This document shows, piece after piece, positions 1-11,095 of a stretch of DNA of 64,000 nucleotides (its first letter is position 1; the number at the start of each line of letters is the position of its first letter). A program made the translations under genes and the position numbers. The DNA lies in the NCBI GenBank assembly GCA_040954595.2, contig CM082577.2, forward strand, positions 4,638,301-4,702,300, in the 5' to 3' direction. The stretch is from Balanoglossus misakiensis (Eukaryota > Animalia > Hemichordata). The notes beneath the pieces are model-generated. The model was not told the origin of the DNA and ran no database searches. It was given only the letters and a program-made list of their open reading frames with translations.

Positions 1-81
1 AGGGGAGCTGTTGCGTGTTAAAGAAACTACGCAAAGTGAAACCGCATTTGAAGAAAAGACTGAGCGGCAGTGAACAGGACG
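1..81 (+). CDS. CNBD gene exon (partial at window edge), GSCCVLKKLRKVKPHLKKRLSGSEQD
   Basis: Donor G|GTAAGA at 82 is phase 1 and matches the next exon. Confidence 0.7.
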
Positions 82-2690
82 GTAAGATACCCATGGGCGA
101 AAACGGATTGGAACTACTTTGTGCTAATAACATCCTATATAAAAAAACATTGTTTAAATTTTATTGTTCATATTGCGAAAAATGTCAATCGAAATCCTAA
201 CATTTGTTAAAGTGGATCGGTGATGCATGTGAAGATTTTTTTCTTGGAGAGTCATTGCAGATCAGAATTGTCATCGTGTGACGTCACGTTTTGTGTCCGC
301 AGGAACTCTGAGTCTCATTGAGGCCATCAGCAGCCAGCGACAGAATAACAGGTCGACGTCGTCTTCAGACAAAACGAACGGCGACAACTCTTCGCTCGGT
401 TCCCACGGCAACGGAACCAGCAGTTCAAACGAGACATCCAGGAGAGACTCGACGAGCAGTCCCATCATGGACAGCGCCAGTTCGAGGATGGCTCTCAGGA
501 AACGAAGGCTGACATCAACTAAGGTACGTTTTTTGCCTCGTCTCGAACGAGGACATCGCCTGATTGTCCCAATTCTCTGAACGAGGTCGTAACACCCGAG
601 GCCATGTTGTAATAGTAATTTTTTTAATCAGAAATTAAGAAACACGCTCCAGTGAATGTAACTATCGTTAACGATAGAGGCTTTGAATTTCGGAGATTAT
701 ACAACTTGTCGGGCAACGAAAAAAGAAAGCAAGCACTCGAAGAAGACTGAATTTCATTCTTAAATTTGCAGTTACAGATTCGAATTAAAATTTGTTTTTG
801 TTTTTTAAATAAAATGATGTAAAAGCACACTCACGCTAACATAGCGAATGGTTACCTCGTCGCGTTGTCAGGACAACAGCCACGATATGGAGCACGACCA
901 CCAAATTGGCACACTTAAAATTCAGATTAACTCGACGCTGAATCCACTATAAATACGATACAAATGAGGCGTTCACAAAGAAAAAAGTACAATCGGGGCT
1001 TGCGCGCGACACCTCTTGGGAAATGGGCGCGGGGAAGCAATTCAGTCATTTAGTTAGCGGTTCTGAGTAATTAAAATTGTATTCTCAATTTTGTACGTGT
1101 TTGTAACAATCAATGGATACACCTGATGACCAAGATAAGAAATAATATTCTGTTTTTGCGCCGTGAATGTACTTTGTCAATTATCGATTCTGCTAAACAC
1201 AAGTGATGTTATGCGGTATTATTACACGACCTTGAAGCATTCAAACTTAGAATGCATTATATCTCCACAACGCTAGGGTTTTACCGGCCAGTTCTTTTAA
1301 ACACGGACACAATTATGCTTGAATTCTGCAATGTTTCAGGGAGTGTATCTTTCAACTACGACGTCACTCCAGGAGAAGAAAGAGAAAAAGAAGAAAGGTG
1401 GTAAACTATCCGTCACTAAGAAGGAAGGTCAGTCGCCATTTTGTTTAATACTTTCGTCTATATAGGCTAGAGAGTGATAACTATGTGTGGAGACTTTCCG
1501 GGGCTGCATGACTGTATATTATGCACCTCATGATATACTGTCCCTTTTTCTCTCTCCAGAGGAGGTAATCCCCGAAGGCTTCGTGCAACAAAAACGGACA
1601 CTGGCCTCTGATTTGGATAACGCCAAGCGGGTATGTTTTGTTTGGTATCGTGGTATGCGCTCACGGGTATATTGGAATAATGTTGTTGTTTGTCGACTTT
1701 GTGGAGAGCTAGCTAGCGTCTGCAGTCACCTTCCCTCCATATTTATTTGCATTCTTATGTTCCTCGTTTTCTTACCGACAGCCTGTGGAGAGAACCGAGG
1801 CGGACAAACACCCTGTATTCGTTGTGCTACAAACACTCGAAAAGGGAGGAATCTTCGTAAGTAGTGGTTTGTCGTTTGTATCTGACCGTCGTTGGTGGCG
1901 CAATTGTCATCGCCGTGGTGAACAGCAGCATGTACATGGATTGCAAACAGTGTAAGACCACAATCGAAGCGCCTATATAAAACATCACCTGTTCTCGTTC
2001 TTGTTGAAACGGATATTCTAGGCTCGAATGAGGAAGAGGGTGAGATTGTTATTAGTAATAAACTAAAGAAGTTCATTCTGGTCTTTGCCATTAACCTGCC
2101 TTTAGAGGATCTAAAGACCACGAAAAAGAAATCCTGTCGTCTTTTCATGTTTTCGGTGATTTCAAAAGGTGAACTCCGAGCTCTTTTTCACATGTGTAAC
2201 CATAGCATCTCCATTTTTAAATACAGGGATTGGCACCTTTGGTCTTCTTTGATCAACCCAGCCTCAGCCTGGTGAGCAATGGCGCCGAATGCATCATGAT
2301 CAGAAAGAAATTCTATATGGAACACGCAACTGAAGACATCAGGAGGCGACTCAGACGACAGGTAAAAGATTACAAGCAAATATTTCGGCGCGAACATTGA
2401 TGCAACTATTTCAATGGACGTAGTGATTGTAAACTCACACACTATTGCAACCTGAAAACATTTGTCTGAAAAGTCTGACACCCCACACCAGAGGGCGCCT
2501 TAATAAGTGAGGTTGATGTTCCAATGCACGTTTCCCACATTTGCAGGTGCAACCATATCCAGCAGACGACGAGCTTCAGAATAGTCTGCAAGATTACATG
2601 AATTGGGTGGAGTACAAGGACCAGACACTGAACTCAACCGTCAACACAGTCGGTGCAAACCGCCTCCAACGCCAGACGTTCCAAAGATGA
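1..2690 (+). CDS. 3' part of a cyclic nucleotide-binding domain protein gene (CNBD1/CNBD2-like), spliced and 5'-truncated by the window edge
   Basis: Phase-compatible exons <1-81, 303-523, 1340-1400, 1560-1630, 1782-1856, 2227-2361 and 2547-2690 (TGA 2688-2690), all with GT..AG introns. The joined protein reads GSCCVLKKL...PVFVVLQTLEKGGIF|GLAPLVFFDQPSLSLVSNGAECIMIRKKFY...|VQPYPADDELQNSLQDYMNWVEYK: CNBD beta-strands (L..G..FG) plus a PYP..LQ..W..YK tail. Confidence 0.8.
303..523 (+). CDS. CNBD gene exon, Ser-rich insert
   Basis: Acceptor ttttgtgtccgcAG, donor AAG|GTACGT, open frame, phase 1->0. Confidence 0.75.
1340..1400 (+). CDS. CNBD gene exon, Lys-rich (GVYLSTTTSLQEKKEKKKKG)
   Basis: Acceptor atgtttcAG, donor G|GTAAAC; an alternative donor lies 3 nt earlier; phase 0->1. 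Confidence 0.6.
1560..1630 (+). CDS. CNBD gene exon
   Basis: Strong polypyrimidine acceptor tctctccAG, donor CGG|GTATGT, phase 1->0. Confidence 0.75.
1782..1856 (+). CDS. CNBD gene exon (PVERTEADKHPVFVVLQTLEKGGIF)
   Basis: Acceptor cttaccgacAG, donor TTC|GTAAGT; CNBD L..G..F motif. Confidence 0.8.
2227..2361 (+). CDS. CNBD gene exon (GLAPLVFFDQPSLSLVSNGAECIMIRKKFY...)
   Basis: Acceptor aaatacAG, donor CAG|GTAAAA, 135 nt open frame completing the CNBD. Confidence 0.85.
2482..2500 (+). promoter_or_regulatory. CTCF-like motif (forward), in the last CNBD intron
   Basis: ACACCAGAGGGCGC versus core consensus CCACYAGRKGGCRS; one mismatch. Confidence 0.45.
2547..2690 (+). CDS. CNBD gene terminal coding exon
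   Basis: Acceptor cacatttgcAG; reads VQPYPADDELQ...QTFQR then TGA; AATAAA at 3265 and 3402 downstream. Confidence 0.85.
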   Translation: MQPYPADDELQNSLQDYMNWVEYKDQTLNSTVNTVGANRLQRQTFQR

Positions 2691-3044
2691 GAATTGTTTC
2701 CGCGCGCTTCAGGTCGTGATAGCGAGTCCGTTTCGGCTTGTGTGCCTGGCATTTCGATGTGCTCAGAAATGCACAAAAGTGTCAGTAATTTTCACTGAAC
2801 CAACAAGGGATCGTTTCGTTCTTTCTACACAAAATATGCAAGTGAAAATTGGGTTCAAACTACAGACAGTTCCGTAAAATTCAGCTGTCTGGACAATCTT
2901 GTTGGGAGTATCATGCTTTATTTCCTGCCGTTGAGGGCATGACAGACTGGACGTACATGACAAGACGAGGAGGCGGGGAAACTGCAAAGTACACATGTGA
3001 CGTGAAACAACAATTTGTGAATGTTGTGCCACCCTAAGAGAAAC

Positions 3045-3063
3045 TCACCACTAGGGGGCAGTA
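3045..3063 (+). promoter_or_regulatory. CTCF-like motif (forward)
   Basis: TCACCACTAGGGGGCAGTA is a perfect match to the CTCF core consensus. Confidence 0.6.
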
Positions 3064-4798
3064 CCGTATACACGCTCACGGTGAGGAAACAAGTGCCTTT
3101 CTTTAATCTAAGCGAAAATATGGCCACCTTACAATATATTTTAATCGAAGTAAACTATTTACAGAATACGAAACATACTATATTAAGAAGACTTCTATCT
3201 GTTTAGTTGACTTGTATGCGGTGAATATATTATAAAATGTGTATATTTTCTTACACCTAGTGAAAATAAAGTATGGATTTTTCGAACATTGCCTAGCTTT
3301 GTCGTGTGCATCGACTTTAATGTGGCGAGACTCAGAGGATTAAGACGATTACAAGCCCGTCGTATGGCAGCCATTGGAATTATACTAAAATCCTATACTA
3401 AAATAAATATGGTTCACACTACACGGTGATGCTCCAATACTACCGTCTTAAGTCGTCTTTCAAAACTGTATATACTTGGTTGCAAAAACGATGATTTCGA
3501 CGAATATACAGACACATATAACAACGTTTGACTGTTTTTTTTTTTGGGGGGGGGGGAACCGATGTGACAAATGACACCAAAGTCGTTCCTACGTAACGGC
3601 GTATCGACTCCACGCCGGGCGCGCCGCCTAGATGGGCTGAGTTTCGGAACCCCAGTATTGTGAACGAACCAGATAATTGAAAAATCCAGTCCAGACTTCC
3701 GTTCACATGTCCGCGCCTAAATAACTGATCGTTCGCGCGGGTTTCCAGGAAATCAGACGTACTCATCACCAAGGATTTTTTTTCTCGTGTCAAATTTGTC
3801 ACAATACGACAGAAAAATACAATTAAAATGTCCTTCCCGCGTAAACAGGCTACACGTGTCCCGCGCAGTTTCCCCTTGAAGCAGCCATATCGCGTTTTAC
3901 CCGAGGCACACCGTGTAAACGTACTATTTTGCAACAACCCACACACAGACATTAAATTACCTGGTATGAAAAATGGCTCATCAAATTAAAGAACAGTATG
4001 CCTTGCTTATTATGGTATGTGGACAAAGTAAGCCTATTATTACAGCTGATTTCAACGAGTTAAATTTACGTGTCTGTGTTTTAGTTTTCCAGCAGAGCTA
4101 ACATGTTTATCCCTGCAGGTCTGCTAGTAATTTTTTAGTTTAGTCAAAATTTTCGTTTCCTCGTTTCAACTGACGAGGTTTGTTTTCTTAAGTGAAATAA
4201 ATATAGACTGACAGACCGTCAATCCTGACAGTTTCAAGTCGTGGGTTGTTATAAAGAAAGAAAGAAAGAAAGAAAGAAAGAACGATTGTTGTTTTGAACG
4301 GTGAAAAATTCATTCGACAGTAAAAATAAAACACTCAACATCATGTTTTCATCTTTGGTGGCAATTGACTTTGCGATTGCACCGCGTGTCCCGATCGTGA
4401 TCTGGTCAATAACTGTAGGTACACATACGATGACGATGTGAAAACACGCTGTATTGTTGTTCGATTGATATACAATGATAATAAATGAGAAGCGAACAAG
4501 GTTCGGAGATCGTAATGTTTTATAGCTTGCTCACTGCATGTCCATTAATTGCCGGCCGGCCGGTCGCTCGGTCGGTCGACCGATCGATCGATATGATTTT
4601 AAAAGTTTTTGAAATTAGAGTGGTACAGAGTATTGAAAACAACACACTCATTTTGCAAAATATGTGATTCTTATATGCATTGGTTTTTCACTTAAACCTG
4701 GTCCTTAACCATCGCGCGCCAAGATGGATGGATGGATGGATGGGTTGGTGCGTGGGGGGTCGGGGTTGGGGTGGGGGGTGGGTGGTTGATGGGTTTTG

Positions 4799-5060
4799 GT
4801 ATGTATGTATGTATGTATGTATGTATGTATGTATGTATGTATGTATGTATGTATGTATGTATGTATGTATGTATGTATGTATGTATGTATGTATGTATGT
4901 ATGTATGTATGTATGTATGTATGTATGTATGTATGTATGTATGTATGTATGTATGTATGTATGTATGTATGTATGTATGTATGTATGTATGTATGTATGT
5001 ATGTATGTATGTATGTATGTATGTATGTATGTATGTATGTATGTATGTATGTATGTATGT
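4799..5060. repeat. (ATGT)n microsatellite, about 65 units
   Basis: Directly visible pure tetranucleotide array; explains the MYVC/HTYI ORFs. Confidence 0.99.
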
Positions 5061-8000
5061 GATAGTTTTTTTGCCAATCTAACAATGAAAAACAAACTAT
5101 AATACTGCACAGTTGATTAAACAACGGAAAAGGTCATTCCAACTTTACTATATCATGACAATTATCAACCCCAGATGTACAGTTGAATAAACCACGCATG
5201 TAGCTACTAAGTATTTATTACATTTTTGTATCGAATGGAATTGACGTGCTTGGACAGATGGCAACAGTCATTTTCTATAGCTAAGTCCATACGTATGTTT
5301 ATGGTTAGTTTTTCAAAACTCAAAATTAGTTTTTTTTTTGGGGGGGGGGGTTCGTGTCGGCGTTTGGTGCGTGACTGAGAAAGATGCAACCGGCCACTTG
5401 AGAAGGCAAGTGTACCACGAAGTGCTTCGAACATGTTACAGTTTTAATATATGGCTGTGATTGTCTAGTTTTATCGTGGCAGTATGCCGTGCATCTGTTA
5501 AATGTTGCAGTTTTTAGTTGGTGCCCAGGCAGGAGAAAAACGAATTTGCGTCACGTACACGACGCGCAAAAACTATAGATATATGAGATTTAGTTACTTA
5601 ATCAGTAGAGTTACACACATCAAACTTCACGCAAGCTAGGCTATGCAATCACGGGGTTGGCTACTTCTTGGTACATGTAAACAACTGGCAATGAACTTTC
5701 TTTTAAATGATCATGATCATAATATAAACTATTTCACCTGTCTTTGCACTGTCAATCTAACAGCTGGGGAGTTATGGTTACTTCATATGAGGCTCTATGT
5801 TATCATATGCCAACGTTGGGCATGGTCTATCTCTGCTGCAGCCTTTGTGTAAGAATCGACAGGGGCCTGACATATTGGTGAGATTCGTAAACTTATAACT
5901 CGTCACATCCGGCCATCCAACAGGTTGTCATCCTAATCAATCAGATTGGACGTTAGGAAACGAGCAAATGTCCATGTTACTGAAGTATTCTCATTCAGCA
6001 AAAAAAAACCAACTTTTAAGACGTCTCGCTCCAAAAGAAATTTGTGACAAGCAGAACTTGTTTCTTGTTGAAACTCGCCGTTGAAAGTCGGCGACACCAC
6101 TTTCACAATCACCGTGTCGCAGGATACGACCAAGGTCCTTTTGATGAAAGTGAACATAAATTCTAGGTACGGACACAAGTCGATTTCCAAACTTCGTCGT
6201 CGGGCCACCGCTGAACTTAGGGACCCACACTGTTGCAGCATGGATGGGAACTGTACACGTGTGCACGTGCAGCCGAAAATCAAAACGTGACAATACACAT
6301 TGTATCATCACCCACCCGCACATTTATTTACATAGTATAATTACGTCACATAAGATGGTGGGGCGGCCATTAACTGGGGTATATGTCGCACAATGTAAGC
6401 TCATTAACTTCTGTATAATGTGAAAAGAAGTTATTTTCTCCCAAATTTGAGTTTAACAGACTTCCAATGCAGCGTATAAGGCGACCCCGTTCCCGCTCTC
6501 AATGGGAATTGAATTTTGATATCGGGACACACGTGCTTATGGATGGGAAATTTATCACTCGTCTGTTTCCGACACCCAAGCCCCTTTCCCGCGCGGAAGC
6601 ATATACGTGGGTCAGCTGTTTTCGTCGACTGCCACGTTTAACACTTGCTTAAGAGTCCTCCAATCTCGTAAAACATCTGTCTGCTTCGAAACCGCCGACA
6701 AAATTGCGCCACCATCCCACCGTGCGCTTTCGCCATCCCAACTGAAATCAGAGTGACAGTTTTAGAAGTACAAGGCGCACGGCGCAACATTGGCTGTTTG
6801 AATTCGAACGCTACATGAATTCTTGTTCACCTTTGGGTCTTTCCTTTTCCTTTTGCCTTTTCTTGTCAAATATAAAAATTGTTGACGGTGACATGTACGT
6901 AGGGTAATACTGCTATCACGGATTCGCAGCGTGCAAGCTTGCCCAAATCGACATTTGAACACGGGGGGGGGGGGTATTTTAAAGTTCGCCTGACTTTAGC
7001 GTCAATAACTGTGAAGGTAAAACATGATAACATACCGTGCAGTCGAAGATTAAATCGCGTGTAAAGCATGCACTGTAACATCTCCACGCATAATAACATG
7101 CCAGCTCCGCTACAGATATGATGTACATACATGCACATACACATGCATACGCGTATACATACACATACACACAAATGTAGTAACAAAGTAATGGAAAGTT
7201 CTCGAAACTCGAATAAGGGATTAAAGTGTATCATCCCTTAAATTCTACTTTTAATTTCCTCGTGACATTTGGTATGACGAACATATTGAAAATTAATTGA
7301 AGTGATAGGATTTGTTATGTCTTTATTTAGTAGCGAATAATTACTTTTTGCGTCTGCCCAGCGACTCTTGCAAGCGGCACTGGGGTCAACTCGGGTCACT
7401 CTGCTATGAACATATATCTACACTTGAAAAAAAAAGTAAAGTCAATATTTGTCAGCGACGAAGCGAATCAATATCAGACAGAGCTGGGTTTACTACAATG
7501 CAAGCGTATGGTTCACGAGTTTTAAAAGTACTTTGATAGTCCTAACCGTTCCGGCTGCGCGTTCAGCCATCCCCGTTTGTTTGTTGTCGTGTTTTCCCAG
7601 GGGGGACAAATCGTAAAATATGTTATGATTTGTTAGATTTCTTAATCATCAAATTGAGAACGAATTACTTTTTTTGCCATGGGGATATCTCGAACCGGGT
7701 TGACCAAGAAGCATACGGGTGTCACATTAATTTTTTTTTTCAAAAACAAAATCTGACAGGTCACTGATGAGAGCGCGGGAAATCGTATATATCTAATATT
7801 ACAAATGACACGTATAGCTTGATCAGTTCGCGCTCAAACCGTCCAGTGTAGGTGTACGACTAGTTCAAATGAGGGATATAAGTTAAAATGTCGCGTACAG
7901 GATTTAATACATCAAAAAGAACGGGGAAACATTTGAACGATTGACGGGAAGTTAATCGTAGTTCGTCCTTGTGACGACATTTGATTCTCAATTGCTTGGG

Positions 8001-10952
8001 GTATATTTCGAGAAGCATGTCATTTGAAGGTCAACCAAGCGTTGATAAAATTACACGTGTAAAGGAGTTTCCAACAAAGACCTACGGGCTGCCTAATGGG
8101 CCAACACAATGCGTTGTCCTGGGAAGTTGCTCTTTTTTTCCTTCAATCTCCTTTTTTACTCCGGTTTATTTACACGTTTAAGGATCCTGGGGACGCCAAC
8201 AATAGGAATTTCTATGGATTATATACGTTCTCCCTTTTGTGCGCGAAACTGAAGAGGGGCACGCTGGTTTTTTGGCGGCAATTGTGGTCTTTGTGTCGAC
8301 AGATCTGGTCGTCGAGTTACCCGGATCCGATAAGGTAGCCATAGGGGTGACCTCAAACAATCGGTATTCTTCAGTAAACTGCACATCAAATACGACAGAT
8401 AAAAAGGGAAAGTTTTCTCGGTCTCTCTGCATGTCCAGGGCGACGTCTGCATGCCCCGATGAAGGCTCGCGCATAAAGGCGTTTCGATCACACTGCAACG
8501 TGGATTGAGCGAATAAATAAATAAAAAGTGTAATTCATAATAAATGCCATTGCCGCTACTTTGAATAACTGCGATCGGAATGACTGGCGTTGGTTTTCAA
8601 TTTTTATCTCCGAAGACAGCCAATTTCTGTCCATGATTTTGACATTTTTACGTAATTATCTCCATGTACCGTGTCTGAACTTCTCATACCACAGACAGTG
8701 GCGAATGCATGAATCTGCCTCACGCGAGGAATGAACGTGATATGAAAGTGTGCTCGGATTATTTTAGGTACACGCTGAAATATGGCCGCCGCGCCGTGCG
8801 TGCAGATATAGAACCGCTGCAAGTTAAGCATATCCCAGCGATAGCTACACAATGATTTTGATCTTTACCAGGAAAAAAGAAGTTCGAGTATTAGTCGGAG
8901 GAGTAGTCACTCGCGCGACAAACCAACCCTGACAATAATATGGTCCCGCCAAAACAGATCTGAAACAGAAATATTGATTTTTAAAGTTAGAGATTTAATG
9001 TGATGAGTTGATTTGGTGATATCGATTAGATAAGTTTTCATTTCTACGTTTTGCGATTAGTACTGTATTCTGGAAATTAATGAAAACTGGATTTGGTCAA
9101 ATTCACTACATAAAGAATGAAACGTTATTTATTTCCTTCATGTTTTCATTTAGGTATTGTATCTGTTTTTAATGTCCAAAATTGTATAAGCTAACCGCTG
9201 AATGAAAAACGAGTATAAGGTATTCCCTAAACATATTACAAAGACGCGTTTTAATATACGTTAAAAAACGGGCTTACGAGGCATGTTTTGTTGGGGGTAG
9301 GGCGTTGGAGCAAACAATCAATGAGATATATCCGTAATGTTCGATACAGACAGTTCCCTTTGAAATTATTCTTTAAAAAAGAAATCTTATTGTATATATT
9401 CATGTCTTACCACCTGACTTATCGGCGAATGTGTTCAATGTTCAATTTCACCTGAAATCGAACAATCGTCGCTTTCACTCTTTGCAACTTGTTGCGTTAT
9501 CATGTCGCTTTCAATATGTTCACAGTTGCGTGAGAAGCCAGGCTAGCCCGCGTATAGGAGATTAACTCGCTTGATGTGTTTGTCTATTGGCCAGCGTAAT
9601 TGAACAATGTCGAAACATCTTTGCGGTCGTCGTTTTTTAATTTCAAATATCCTCGACTTTTCATCTGTATCCAAAAATCATTTCCCAAGAATAATACGAC
9701 CATATTTGACCGTTTGTTTGGTTGGCTCGGCGCTGCATACATAAAACAGCGCGCCGCGCGCCAACTCTACGTCACGGTTGAATCTGATTCGTGACTCTCT
9801 CTCCCCCTCTCTCTCTAAACTCAGAATGCCAGCGCTGCTGCCAATCATTGATTCTCGCGGGGGAAACGGACGTTGCTTGCCAAATTTAATGATTAATTAA
9901 GCAATTAGCGGACTCATTTGCATATGTAATACATTTTAAACGATAGATAGCTGTCGCTGCCTTTGTCCCATTGACACAAAACTACAGTGGGGGCTCGGTA
10001 TAGACGTAGTAATTATGGGGGATTTTTTTTGCTTTTTATTCCAAACTTATGTCCCCACATCCTACATAATAAGGCAAGGGTCTCCAAAAAATCATGGAAA
10101 TCACAATCGAAGTACATTAAGTTTTGGATCTCTTTTTATTTCTTCTTCTCCTCCAGCAATTAATTCCTCGCACATCGCGTTTGCGTGCGTGCGCACAACA
10201 GTGTTCAGGTAGAACTGGACAAGCTATCTGGATGATACGAATCGAATGATTTACACTGAATTTGTGCGTCGCGAAGCCATGTCTATCGGCATATCCTGAC
10301 ATCGAAAAAACATAAATCCTACACGCATTTTATTCCCCGTGCATCAGTACCCGACCGTGACCAAGCCTGCATCTTACAATGCAGCATGGCAGAGTGGAAA
10401 GCGCTCGCTTCAGGAAAAAAGTATTTCTCCTCTCAGGGCCAAGGCCATTACCAATAATAGGATAATTCGACAGGATAGGCAATATTCAAACTAACCGACA
10501 ATTCAACAAGTATCAGTTAAATTCAAATAACTTCTGACACACACAAAATTGACGTTATGCCTTCGAAACCCGGGCGGCGAAAAAGCTTTGTCCGGCTTTA
10601 AATTTAACGATATAACGATAGCAGCAGGAATTACAGGCGAATCGAACATCTGTGCTGGATGTCTATGAACGGTTAAAATGGTCATTCACAGGAACAAGTC
10701 TCGTGTTAAGATTTCCACGAACTGAGGCACAATATCCACCGCGTTTTACGTGCCGCGCGTAATGGAAACAAAATGAGAGTCGTGGTTGCAAGATTGTTTA
10801 TTTGGCGGGAAAAATTGGTAATTATAAAACATGTCATATGCATGATGTCCTATTAAACGTTTCAGGAAAAAACAAATCGCATATCCAGGAATTTGAGGCC
10901 GTGTATGAACGGCGAAAAACATATTTCTATGATCTGTTTTCGGAACAGCCGT

Positions 10953-11095
<143 letters not shown>

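Noticed and set aside
4680-5124. MYVC/HTYI-repeat ORFs
   Set aside because: Translations of the (ATGT)n microsatellite, which is stop-free in several frames.
7764-7782. CTGATGA...GAAA hammerhead-like core (similar at 48097)
   Set aside because: No properly paired stem II or flanking stems; the 48097 case is simply a splice acceptor on the other strand.
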